IMG/VR virus record: IMGVR_UViG_3300025671_008697
Length of the DNA stretch: 64,000 nt
From: a virus
Taxonomy: Duplodnaviria; Caudoviricetes
Direction: 5' to 3' (one strand)
Each line of letters begins with the position of its first letter. The stretch's first letter is position 1. Under the pieces are notes generated by a model. The model searched no databases, had not been told where the DNA came from, and worked only from the letters and a program-made list of their open reading frames with translations. A program made the translations under genes and the position numbers. Below, in pieces: positions 28,027 to 37,242 of the stretch.

Positions 28027-28752
28027 TTATGATGTGAGAAGATTTTTTAGGTAATCATTGTGTAATGATAGCCAAAACTTATTATGATCAATGTTGTCTT
28101 GTTTTATTTTATAATTTAATGGTTCAAGTAAAGATTGACCCGAAGTTTTTATAATATCTTGTAATTTTAAAACTAAGTCGGCCGATAAAAAATTTTCTAA
28201 TTTATAATCTACTTTTTGCTTGCAATATGTTATAGTGTTATAATTGTTTAAATCTACATCCTCATGGTTAAAACCATGAGCTTTTTTAAAAAACGCAAGT
28301 TGTTTTTGTGTGTCCCAATCAGTATATAATAATATTTGAAAATCATTTTTATGAAATGTATAATCTTCGATGCTGGGATTACAATAAAAAAATAACTTAT
28401 TATTATAGCAGGATGTTTTTGTTTCTTCGTTTAAAGGCCATATTTCTGTTTTTTTCCAATTTTCTATATTATTAATATTCCAATGAATTTCATAAATTTT
28501 TGGTAGTAATTTATAATACTTTTGGTAAAAAAATAGGTTATTCAATAAACGCATTTCTTTTAAAATGTCTTCAGTCAATTCTGCATAGTTTTCTGGAAGA
28601 TTTTTCGGCCAGCCTGATCCCTTAATAGTTTCGTAGTTTTCTAAGATTAATTTCTTACTTGCGAATTCGCATTTAAATTTAGTTCCTAACAATATATGCC
28701 ATAAAGCATAAAAACCACCACTCCCCCCAAAATAATACAAAGCAACATTCAT
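28027..28752 (-). CDS. AT-rich hypothetical protein
   Basis: 241-aa ORF; GGSGGF near N-terminus, IKGSGWP; TATAAATA 6 nt upstream of the ATG. Confidence 0.65.
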   Translation of the reverse strand: MNVALYYFGGSGGFYALWHILLGTKFKCEFASKKLILENYETIKGSGWPKNLPENYAELTEDILKEMRLLNNLFFYQKYYKLLPKIYEIHWNINNIENWKKTEIWPLNEETKTSCYNNKLFFYCNPSIEDYTFHKNDFQILLYTDWDTQKQLAFFKKAHGFNHEDVDLNNYNTITYCKQKVDYKLENFLSADLVLKLQDIIKTSGQSLLEPLNYKIKQDNIDHNKFWLSLHNDYLKNLLTS

Positions 28753-28758
28753 GGCAAA

Positions 28759-28795
28759 TATTTATAGGCATGCCTGTTATTGTATTTGATAAATA
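28759..28795. promoter_or_regulatory. Divergent pair of T4-late-like promoters
   Basis: TATAAATA on - strand (28759-28766) and TAAATA on + strand (28790-28795), each 6 nt before an ATG. Confidence 0.7.
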
Positions 28796-28801
28796 TCTTG
28801 T

Positions 28802-29326
28802 ATGGCCACTAATATTAAATCAGTACTTGACAACGTCAAGAAAATCTACATGACAGACAGCGTACTTGAAAGTTTGCTGGACTACGAGCGTGTACTTGAC
28901 GAACTGGATCTGTACACATTTGCTAACTGGAAAACCGGCGAATTGCTGGCTGGGCCGGACTACGAAAAATACTTTGTAACCTGCAAGTGGATGTTTAGAT
29001 ATCGCGAAATGCCCGATCCAGCAGGTGCTGAACGTTTACTAAATTATGGCTGTGAAGTAACCTACGAGAAGGATATGTTAGAATATCCAGTTGAAGTCAA
29101 AACCCCAGATGACTTTAAGCCAGGTACAAAAGTTCCTAAACTAGTCAGCACCCCAATTTGGGTAGTTACAATTACCATGCCTAAACGTTTGATGAGCGAC
29201 ATTCAAGCAGGTGCTCTAGAACTTGAGAACGAAACACTGGACATGGAAGACGTTGAGGACGCTTACGAAGACGGACTTGACCAAGTACAACAAACAGGAA
29301 TAAACAATGAGCAACCAGCTATTTGA
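28802..29326 (+). CDS. Conserved phage hypothetical protein (late)
   Basis: LLDYERVLDELDLYTFANW...MPDPAGAERLL. Confidence 0.75.
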   Translation: MATNIKSVLDNVKKIYMTDSVLESLLDYERVLDELDLYTFANWKTGELLAGPDYEKYFVTCKWMFRYREMPDPAGAERLLNYGCEVTYEKDMLEYPVEVKTPDDFKPGTKVPKLVSTPIWVVTITMPKRLMSDIQAGALELENETLDMEDVEDAYEDGLDQVQQTGINNEQPAI

Positions 29327-29858
29327 AGGTCTTGAAGAAGGCGACTTGGCAAGACTGGTCAGCAATGTCTATAGTATTGATGAGTTTAAAAGCAAGATGG
29401 GCGATGATGCTGACATCATTGTACTAGGGTTTGTTGTTGATGATAAAAACCCTGCAATGGATTTAATGAACTTTGTTGAACGTGGATACGATTTTGTCTT
29501 AGACGCAGATGTAAGTGCAGGTGAGGCACAAAACGGCGAGTACATGGTATTCGTTGAAATGGAACGCAACGAAGATGCACCTGAACATATTCACCAGTTA
29601 ATCAGTGATATTACAAACCTAACAGACATAGACATGGCGGATTGGGAATTTAAGTATCGCAAAAGCAACACCAAATACGACTGCACAGAAGAAAACATTG
29701 CTAGAATTGTTCCCTTAACTGCACGTCAATACAGAGCAAAGTTTGGAGCAGATGATGAACTTAATGCCATGCGTGAATCAGCCCGTGTTCCTATGAAGTC
29801 ATTGGGCGAGCCTGACAAATTTAAAGAACAAATTCAAATAGCAGCTGGCATCAGATAA
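29307..29858 (+). CDS. Conserved phage hypothetical protein
   Basis: SIDEFKSKMGDDADIIVLGF...FVERGYDFVLDADVS. Confidence 0.75.
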   Translation: MSNQLFEGLEEGDLARLVSNVYSIDEFKSKMGDDADIIVLGFVVDDKNPAMDLMNFVERGYDFVLDADVSAGEAQNGEYMVFVEMERNEDAPEHIHQLISDITNLTDIDMADWEFKYRKSNTKYDCTEENIARIVPLTARQYRAKFGADDELNAMRESARVPMKSLGEPDKFKEQIQIAAGIR

Positions 29859-30012
29859 CAACATTGCTAAATACAGCAAATGTTGAGTAAACTCGAAAAA
29901 AACGCATCACAAGTTGTAAAACCCACAGCAAAATCAGTGCAAAAGCCATGGTACTTTATCAGCGTGGGCGTAGGTACTCAAGCACAGCCACTGAGAAAAG
30001 GAGCACAAAAAA

Positions 30013-30891
30013 ATGGCAACTGAATTTGAATTTGATTTTACAAAAGAACACCTAGCAGAAATTATATCTGCTGACGCAGATGATTGGTATGATGCACTGT
30101 GCGAACTGTTACCTAAATATGGTATTACCACAGAGCGCAGAGTAGCGCACTTTCTTAGCCAGTGTGCTCATGAATCAGCAGGCTTTAAGCGTCTAGAAGA
30201 AAATTTAAATTACAGTGCCAAGGCACTACGTGCAGTATTTGGTCGTTATTTTGGTGAACCACCCAAGCGTGACGCAGACGAATATCATCGTCAACCTGAA
30301 ATGATTGCCAACTACGTGTACATGGACGAGTTCCGCAAGTACAAAATGGGCAACGTTAATGAAGGTGATGGTTGGCTATTCCGTGGCCGAGGACTCAAGC
30401 AGTTGACAGGGCGTGAAAACTACACACGTTTCGGTGCCAGCGTAGACATGACTGCAGAAGAAGCAGCAGAGTATGTGGCAACTCCTGCGGGTGCTATTGA
30501 AAGTGCCTGCTGGTTCTGGGACGCAAACAACTTAAACGATATTGCAGACAGTGACGATGTCAAGCGTATGACTAAAAAGATCAACGGTGGTACTATTGGA
30601 CTTGAAGACCGTCAAAAACGTTATGTGCATGCCATGAAAGTGTTAGGCATGAGTGCAGAAGAAATAGCAGCAGATGATGACGACGAAGTAGAGATAGAAG
30701 ATATCGGTGTACTACGTAAAGGCTGCAGAGGTGACGGTGTCAAGATGATGCAGGCTGCATTAGGTCTAGATGCTGACGGTGTGTTTGGTCCCGGCACAGA
30801 ACGTGCATTGAAGCAATGGCAGACAGACAACGGTTTAACTGCTGACGGTATTGCAGGTCCTAAGACTTTAGAAAAACTTTTAGAGGACTGA
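30013..30891 (+). CDS. Endolysin: GH19 lysozyme domain plus C-terminal peptidoglycan-binding domain
   Basis: AHFLSQCAHES, FRGRGLKQLTGRENY, TKKINGG; DGVFGPGT..LKQWQ..GLTADGIAGPKT; GGAG SD. Confidence 0.92.
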   Translation: MATEFEFDFTKEHLAEIISADADDWYDALCELLPKYGITTERRVAHFLSQCAHESAGFKRLEENLNYSAKALRAVFGRYFGEPPKRDADEYHRQPEMIANYVYMDEFRKYKMGNVNEGDGWLFRGRGLKQLTGRENYTRFGASVDMTAEEAAEYVATPAGAIESACWFWDANNLNDIADSDDVKRMTKKINGGTIGLEDRQKRYVHAMKVLGMSAEEIAADDDDEVEIEDIGVLRKGCRGDGVKMMQAALGLDADGVFGPGTERALKQWQTDNGLTADGIAGPKTLEKLLED

Positions 30892-30892
30892 C

Positions 30893-31057
30893 ATGTTTAC
30901 ACAATGGATAAAAGATAGAATCAGTGAACGCACCAGCTGGAATGGTGCAGCACTGATTGTAATGGGATTATTAGCAGTTTTTGCTGCCAACTTGGCAAAG
31001 TTAGTTGGTGGCATCGCAGTTCTATATGGTATCTGGACCATATGGAAAAAAGGTTAA
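30893..31057 (+). CDS. 54-aa two-TM membrane protein, holin candidate (not in ORF track)
   Basis: MFTQWIKDRISERTSWNGAALIVMGLLAVFAANLAKLVGGIAVLYGIWTIWKKG, immediately after the endolysin. Confidence 0.6.
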   Translation: MFTQWIKDRISERTSWNGAALIVMGLLAVFAANLAKLVGGIAVLYGIWTIWKKG

Positions 31058-31087
31058 TCGATTAGTTTTAGATTCAAAGGAGAAAAA

Positions 31088-32164
31088 ATGAAAAAACTAT
31101 TTGTAGCACTAGTGGCTAGCGTAATCGGCTTGGCTGTTATTCCAACACAGGCCAAAGATCCAATCAAAGCAGCATGGGTATATGTTGGACCTGTAGGAGA
31201 TGCAGGTTGGACATTTGCACATGACCAAGGCCGTAAGGCAGTAGTAGCCAGATTTGGCGATGCTGTACAAACCACGTATGTAGAAAACGTGCCTGAGGGT
31301 GCCGACGCTGAGCGTGTGATTCGTGATCTTGCTCGTCAAGGTAACGATATCATCTTTGCTACATCGTTTGGTTTTATGGACCCAATGCTAAAAGTAGCAA
31401 AGGAATTCCCCAAAGTAAAATTTGAGCATGCCACAGGTTACAAGACTTCAAAAAATATGCGTCTATATGATGCCAGTTTTTATCACGACACCTACATGGC
31501 AGGTATTATTGCAGGCACAATGACCAAAACAAATACCTTAGGTTTTGTTGGTAGTTTTCCTATTCCAGAAGTATTACGCAATATCAATGCATATACCTTA
31601 GGAGCACAATCAGTAAATCCTAACGTCAAAGTAAAAGTTGTTTGGGTTAATACTTGGTTTGATCCTCCCAAGGAAACAGATGCCGCCCAGAGTCTAATTA
31701 ATGCAGGTGCTGACGTACTATTGCAAAACACAGACAGTACAGCTGTGCTACAGACTGCTGATAAGAACGGCAAGTATGCATTTGGTTGGGACAGTGACAT
31801 GAGTAAGTTTGCTGGCAAGGCGCACCTGGGCTCCGCCATTGCCAACTGGGGTCCATACTATATTCAGGCAATTGAAGAACTCAAGGCTGGCACTTGGAAA
31901 ACCAAGCGTACAGTATGGGGTGTTAAAGAAGGCTTGAATGACCTTATCAAAATCAGCAAAGAAGTTCCAGCAGACGCTGTTGCCCGTGTAAATAAAGTTA
32001 AGGCAGGTATCAAAGCAGGAACGTTTGATCCATTTACTGGTCCTGTAGTTGACAATACTGGTAAAACCAGACTTGCCGCAGGCAAAGTAAGCGATCAGGC
32101 CTGGCGAGACAGTATTAACTTTTTCGTCAAGGGTGTAGAAGGCGCTGTACCAGGAAGTAAGTAA
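31088..32164 (+). CDS. BMP-family (PnrA/purine nucleoside) ABC substrate-binding protein
   Basis: Signal peptide; YVGPVGDAGWTFAHDQGR, DIIFATSFGF, GFVGSFPIPEV, FDPPKE; AGGAG SD. Confidence 0.9.
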   Translation: MKKLFVALVASVIGLAVIPTQAKDPIKAAWVYVGPVGDAGWTFAHDQGRKAVVARFGDAVQTTYVENVPEGADAERVIRDLARQGNDIIFATSFGFMDPMLKVAKEFPKVKFEHATGYKTSKNMRLYDASFYHDTYMAGIIAGTMTKTNTLGFVGSFPIPEVLRNINAYTLGAQSVNPNVKVKVVWVNTWFDPPKETDAAQSLINAGADVLLQNTDSTAVLQTADKNGKYAFGWDSDMSKFAGKAHLGSAIANWGPYYIQAIEELKAGTWKTKRTVWGVKEGLNDLIKISKEVPADAVARVNKVKAGIKAGTFDPFTGPVVDNTGKTRLAAGKVSDQAWRDSINFFVKGVEGAVPGSK

Positions 32165-32166
32165 GC

Positions 32167-32592
32167 ATGGGTTTCAAGTTAGCCATTGCAATGTTTTTTG
32201 TGCTAGCCAGTCTGGCTGGTGTGGGTTATTGGTATTACAATGACACACAGGAAAGAATTCGCACACTACAACAAAACAATGCTAAACTTGAAACTGCTAT
32301 ACAGATCAACGAAGCCAGCATTAAAACAATGCAGGCTGATGCTGCTAAAAATGCAGCATTGACAAAACAATTACAGACTGATCTACAACAGGCAGAGCGG
32401 TATGGTGATGAGTTACGTAACACATTACAAAAACACAACCTTACCGCTCTGGCACAACGTAAACCTGAATTAATCGAAAAGAGAATGCAAGATGCGACTA
32501 ATAAGTTATGGGCCGATCTTCGCAGTATTACTGACCCTAACAGGGTGCGGGATACTAAGCAAGCCGGAACCAAAGATAGTAACAGTAACTAA
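32167..32592 (+). CDS. i-spanin (Rz)-like protein
   Basis: N-terminal TM followed by a long coiled coil; overlaps the downstream lipoprotein. Confidence 0.65.
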   Translation: MGFKLAIAMFFVLASLAGVGYWYYNDTQERIRTLQQNNAKLETAIQINEASIKTMQADAAKNAALTKQLQTDLQQAERYGDELRNTLQKHNLTALAQRKPELIEKRMQDATNKLWADLRSITDPNRVRDTKQAGTKDSNSN

Positions 32593-32878
32593 CACTGTTA
32601 AAACTACAGTACCTATAGTTGCCAGGCCCAAGGCAGTGAATCTCAACGACGTCAAAATCTACGTTGTCACAAAAGAAAACATAGATCAGTTCGAACAAGA
32701 CTTTGCAAAGAAAAACGGCAGTTTAGTTTATATTGCTATCAGCATCAAAGACTATGAAAACCTAAGTCTAAACTTTGCGGAACTTAGACGCTACATAGAA
32801 CAACAGCAGCAGATTATTGTCTACTACGAAGAAGCAGTAAAGCCTGAAGAAAAGACCAAAGAGCCCGAAAATAAATAA
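32492..32878 (+). CDS. o-spanin (Rz1)-like lipoprotein
   Basis: Lipobox LTGC; 101-nt overlap with the Rz-like gene in a different frame. Confidence 0.65.
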   Translation: MRLISYGPIFAVLLTLTGCGILSKPEPKIVTVTNTVKTTVPIVARPKAVNLNDVKIYVVTKENIDQFEQDFAKKNGSLVYIAISIKDYENLSLNFAELRRYIEQQQQIIVYYEEAVKPEEKTKEPENK

Positions 32879-32897
32879 TCTATAACAAGGAAAAATC

Positions 32898-33176
32898 ATG
32901 TGGGAAATGATACAGAATATGGCAAGTGATAGACTGTGGATTTACACAGGCATCTTTGGATCATTGTTCGGAGCAGCATTTTTGTTCTGGTTTAAAGATA
33001 CAAAGATGGCTATATGGGCAGTAGGCAAGTTCGATAGCACATTAGAATACTTGGCAATCCGGTGGGGTTGGACCTGGTTGCAAAATGATCCTAATGCTTG
33101 GCGTGTTAAATACCCAAAAATTACAGCAAAAATCGACGACTTAGAAACACGCATTCAAAAGTTAGAACAAAAATAA
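32898..33176 (+). CDS. Small membrane protein
   Basis: TM segment WIYTGIFGSLFGAAFLFWF; TAAATA at 32872-32877. Confidence 0.7.
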   Translation: MWEMIQNMASDRLWIYTGIFGSLFGAAFLFWFKDTKMAIWAVGKFDSTLEYLAIRWGWTWLQNDPNAWRVKYPKITAKIDDLETRIQKLEQK

Positions 33177-33178
33177 CT

Positions 33179-33207
33179 TTGACTTAACTGCTATACTGTT
33201 GTATAAT
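33179..33207 (+). promoter_or_regulatory. sigma70-like promoter
   Basis: TTGACT(33179-33184)-17 nt-TATAAT(33202-33207). Confidence 0.7.
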
Positions 33208-33213
33208 CAATAA

Positions 33214-34047
33214 GTGGATTACTATCAAACGTTGGGTGTTAGCAGAACTGCTAATGCCGACGAACTCAAACGTGCCTATAGAAAATTGGCCAGTCAGCAC
33301 CACCCCGACAGAGGCGGGGATACTGCACGATTTCAGGAAATACAGGCTGCTTACGATACATTAAGTGATCCTCAAAAGCGACAACAATACGATAATCCTC
33401 AACCACAACATCAGCATTTTGAATTTAATTTTGGTCCAGGAGGTATGGATGAGATATTCAGCAACTTTTTTCGAGGACATCAAAATCCATTTCAACATGC
33501 TAGGCAACAACCCAGACGCAATAAGGATATAAGAGCAGAAGTCGCTATAGGTTTGCAGGAAACATTAACAGATGCTAAACGTACTTTGAATATAAAAAGT
33601 CAAAATGGCGTAGTGCAAACTGTTGATATAACCATACCTCGAGGAGTCAGTGCTGGTACTACTATTAAGTATCCGGGTCTGGGTGATTATCTTTTTGAAA
33701 ACTTACCCAGGGGTGATCTGTACTTAACAGTTAACATTTATCATAATCCAAATTTCGAAGTTTCAGGTTTAGATTTAGTTACAAATTTGACTATAGACTC
33801 GTTTGATGCTATACTAGGAGTAGATGCACAAATTGTAGGCCTAGATGGCAAAGTTTTTACAGTAAGAACTCCCAAAAGTTGTCAGCACGGAACAAAACTC
33901 AAGATACCAGGAGAAGGTCTGTATAAATTTCAACAGGATATTAAAGGAAACTTGTATGTGAAAATCCACATTAAAGTACCCTTTAATTTGACAGATGAAC
34001 AACTAGAACAAATTAGAACAATTAAACAACAACTAACTGCACGGTAA
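33214..34047 (+). CDS. DnaJ/CbpA-type co-chaperone (J-domain plus C-terminal domain, no Zn finger)
   Basis: [28 protein letters not shown]; GDLYL; GNLYV. Confidence 0.9.
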   Translation: MDYYQTLGVSRTANADELKRAYRKLASQHHPDRGGDTARFQEIQAAYDTLSDPQKRQQYDNPQPQHQHFEFNFGPGGMDEIFSNFFRGHQNPFQHARQQPRRNKDIRAEVAIGLQETLTDAKRTLNIKSQNGVVQTVDITIPRGVSAGTTIKYPGLGDYLFENLPRGDLYLTVNIYHNPNFEVSGLDLVTNLTIDSFDAILGVDAQIVGLDGKVFTVRTPKSCQHGTKLKIPGEGLYKFQQDIKGNLYVKIHIKVPFNLTDEQLEQIRTIKQQLTAR

Positions 34048-34055
34048 ATATTTTT

Positions 34056-36350
34056 ATGGTACAATCAAATCCAGACATAGAACGAATTATTGAAATGGCT
34101 ACCAACATTGCCCAAAGTAAACATCACGAGTATGTAACTCTAGAGCATATACTACAAGGCATGTTGGCTTATGACCAATTCGCAGATTTCTTAGGCAAAT
34201 TTGGCGTAGATGTTGAAAGTATGCAAAAAGATCTAGATGCATACTTAGATCGCCAAGAGTATTTAGTTAGTAAAGTATATGATGTTGTACCAAAGAAAAC
34301 ACACAGTCTCGAGCGTGTGTTCAATCGTGCATTTACACAGGTTTTATTCAGTGGCAGGCATAACTTGCAAACAATAGATTTGTTTTTAAGTATCATGACA
34401 GAAGATAAAAGTTATGCTACTTACATAATCAACAAGTATGGTTGCGAGCGTAGCAAACTAGTTAGTTTATGGAACAAAACTTTTCAAGAAAAGCATGGCG
34501 GAAAACGCAGTAAAAACCATGCTGACCAGGTGTTAGCGGAATATTGCGACAACTTAAATGTTCTTGTCAATGAAGGTAAAATTGATCCTGTAATTGGTAG
34601 AGAACACGAGATAGACGAAATCAGCCAAGTTTTAGCCAAACGAAACAAGAGCAATATATTGATGGTAGGTGATCCTGGTGTGGGCAAAACTGCTATTGCC
34701 GAAGGACTGGCACATAAAATTGTTAATCAAGAAGTACCTGCTTACCTTAAAGACTTTACTGTATTCAGTTTAGATATTGGTAGTTTGCTGGCAGGCAGTA
34801 AGTATCGTGGTGAGTTTGAAGAAAAAGTCAAAGAGGTAATGAAAGCATTGACTGTAAAAGGCAACTGTATTTTGTTCATCGATGAAGCACACCAGATGCG
34901 TGGCGCAGGCACAGGCAGTAACAGTGGTCCCGACTTTGCCAACATGATTAAACCTGCATTAACTAAACGCAATGTCAAAGTTATTGCCTCAACTACATGG
35001 GAAGAATACACACAGAGTTTTGAAAAAGACCGTGCGCTAATGCGCCGCTTTTATCGTATGACTGTGGAAGAGCCCACACCTGAAGTTGCTAAAGAAATCC
35101 TAGTAGGATTAAAAGAATACTTCGAAGAGTTTCACGGCGGCGAGATCAGTGCAGAAGCCATCGAAGCCGCAGTAGATCTCAGTGTGCGCTACCAAACAGA
35201 CAAACGACTGCCAGACAAAGCCATTGATCTAATTGACACTGCGGCAGCAAAACTTAAAATCTATACCACAGGTTTTGTTGTACGCAAAAGTCACATTATT
35301 GATGCACTCAGTAAGTTTACTAAGATTCCAATTGAGCAGTTAGACACAGAAGCCACTAAGAACCTCGAAACACTGGAAGGTGACATTAAAGAAAAACTCT
35401 ACGGACAGGATCAAGCAGTGGACAACGTGCTTGAAAAGATTTATGTTAGCCGTGCAGGTTTGAAAGCAATCAACAAACCTGTAGGCACGTTTTTGTTCTT
35501 AGGCCCAACTGGTACAGGTAAAACTGAACTGGCAAAACTGCTGGCAGAAAATTTGGGCATGAAACTGTTACGCTATGACATGAGCGAATACCAAGAACGT
35601 CACAGTGTGGCCAAACTGATCGGTGCACCTCCTGGGTATGTTGGCTACGATGATGGCAATCTGGGTGGCGGACTACTAATTAGTGATGTAGAGAAAAATC
35701 CCAACAGTGTTATCTTGTTTGACGAAGTTGAAAAAGCGCACCCTGACGTCAGTAACGTATTGCTGAGTTTGATGGACGAAGGTGTAGTAACCAGCAGCAA
35801 CGGCAAAAAAGCAGACTGTAGGAATACCATTGTTATTATGACCAGTAACTTGGGTGCTGCCGAAAGCGAACGTAATAGTATCGGCTTTGCCAGTTTGTCC
35901 AAAACAGGCGAAGATGACGCCGCAGTTAAAGAATTCTTTAAACCTGAGTTTAGAAATCGTTTAGACGGCATTGTTAAATTTAACAAACTGGCCACAGAAA
36001 CTGTACGCAAGATTGTGGTCAAGTTTGTTGAAGAAATGAACGACTTGCTCAGTGACAAACGTATCTACGTCGAACTAAGCACCAGCGCCATTGATCACAT
36101 TATTGACAAAGGTTACGATGACAAGATGGGTGCTCGTCCGCTAAATAGAAAAATTAACGAACTTATCAAAGTTCCTTTGAGTAAACGTATATTGTTTGAA
36201 AATTTGCAAAATTGTACTGTAAATGTCGAATATTATGATGGGGATTTACAATTTAACATTACCGAAAACACTTACCTGGTATACCCCACAGACAGCACCA
36301 TAGACGAAAATGGCTATATTATCCTGGACAAAATTAAATCCAACTGTTAA
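34056..36350 (+). CDS. clpA: ATP-dependent Clp protease ATP-binding subunit ClpA
   Basis: HEYVTLEH N-domain, GDPGVGKT, LLAGSKYRGEFE, GPTGTGKTE, GAPPGYVG, SIGF ClpP-docking loop, GARP; TAAATA at 34045-34050. Confidence 0.92.
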   Translation: MVQSNPDIERIIEMATNIAQSKHHEYVTLEHILQGMLAYDQFADFLGKFGVDVESMQKDLDAYLDRQEYLVSKVYDVVPKKTHSLERVFNRAFTQVLFSGRHNLQTIDLFLSIMTEDKSYATYIINKYGCERSKLVSLWNKTFQEKHGGKRSKNHADQVLAEYCDNLNVLVNEGKIDPVIGREHEIDEISQVLAKRNKSNILMVGDPGVGKTAIAEGLAHKIVNQEVPAYLKDFTVFSLDIGSLLAGSKYRGEFEEKVKEVMKALTVKGNCILFIDEAHQMRGAGTGSNSGPDFANMIKPALTKRNVKVIASTTWEEYTQSFEKDRALMRRFYRMTVEEPTPEVAKEILVGLKEYFEEFHGGEISAEAIEAAVDLSVRYQTDKRLPDKAIDLIDTAAAKLKIYTTGFVVRKSHIIDALSKFTKIPIEQLDTEATKNLETLEGDIKEKLYGQDQAVDNVLEKIYVSRAGLKAINKPVGTFLFLGPTGTGKTELAKLLAENLGMKLLRYDMSEYQERHSVAKLIGAPPGYVGYDDGNLGGGLLISDVEKNPNSVILFDEVEKAHPDVSNVLLSLMDEGVVTSSNGKKADCRNTIVIMTSNLGAAESERNSIGFASLSKTGEDDAAVKEFFKPEFRNRLDGIVKFNKLATETVRKIVVKFVEEMNDLLSDKRIYVELSTSAIDHIIDKGYDDKMGARPLNRKINELIKVPLSKRILFENLQNCTVNVEYYDGDLQFNITENTYLVYPTDSTIDENGYIILDKIKSNC

Positions 36351-37032
36351 GTTAGAAGACACGACCAAAAAGTTCTTTAAACAGTACTTGTATAGAGCAC
36401 GACTATATCTACCTGGTGGAAGGCTTACTCAAGGTTATCAAGAAAAGTCAATGAGCGAATTGATAGCATGGCGTAAGCAGATGGCTACAAGATATATTAA
36501 CTATGGTGGCAGTTGGCTAGCAAAAAAGAACGGCAGAGTCAATGACATGCGTTTAGAAGATCTAGTCTATTGGCGCACACAGATTAGAGCAGTCAGCGAG
36601 TTTCACTTTAGAATAGAAGAACCGTGGATGTGCGTTTATAGCAACAGTGAAAGTGACTTGTATAATTTAATCAAACAAAGTCCATCTCAAGGCAGATTGC
36701 TTAATATTAGCACACCAAAAAACACAGACAGCGTTCGAGCATTAAAGGCAGGCGAGGTACTGGTAAAGTCTGATAATGGGTACAGTTATAGAATACACTT
36801 AAAAGAAGGTAAGATGACTGCACAGATCGCGGCCGCACTGCTTAGTTTATTAGAATCGCAAGGCGATGAAGTCAAAATGACTAAAAGTTGTGAACAAAAC
36901 TTACGCAAACGCAATGTATGGTTTACCAAAACATATTTTTACAGTAAGGACTTGCGAGTGCTTACTATGATCAACTTGATCGACCCAGATATTGTATCGG
37001 AATTTTTTAAACTTACAAAAATAGACCGATAA
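36310..37032 (+). CDS. Hypothetical protein
   Basis: 240-aa ORF overlapping the clpA end. Confidence 0.7.
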   Translation: MAILSWTKLNPTVKLEDTTKKFFKQYLYRARLYLPGGRLTQGYQEKSMSELIAWRKQMATRYINYGGSWLAKKNGRVNDMRLEDLVYWRTQIRAVSEFHFRIEEPWMCVYSNSESDLYNLIKQSPSQGRLLNISTPKNTDSVRALKAGEVLVKSDNGYSYRIHLKEGKMTAQIAAALLSLLESQGDEVKMTKSCEQNLRKRNVWFTKTYFYSKDLRVLTMINLIDPDIVSEFFKLTKIDR

Positions 37033-37056
37033 ATATCTTGATGGTTAGGAAAACTA

Positions 37057-37221
37057 ATGGCTAAAATCCAAGAAGAAATTATCGCAATTAAAGTTAGCAA
37101 ACTAGTTAAAGATTCAGAAGAAGCCGGCAAATTAGTCGGTGCTGAAACAGTGCAGGCACTTGAACAAGTAGCACAAGAACTAGTAGGCGAAGGTGTAATT
37201 GTCGAAGTAATCACTGAATAA
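37057..37221 (+). CDS. 54-aa hypothetical protein (not in ORF track)
   Basis: MAKIQEEIIAIKVSKLVKD...LEQVAQELVGEGVIVEV; TAAATA at 37030-37035; AGGA SD. Confidence 0.65.
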   Translation: MAKIQEEIIAIKVSKLVKDSEEAGKLVGAETVQALEQVAQELVGEGVIVEVITE

Positions 37222-37242
37222 ACATTTTTATAAAGGTCTTAA

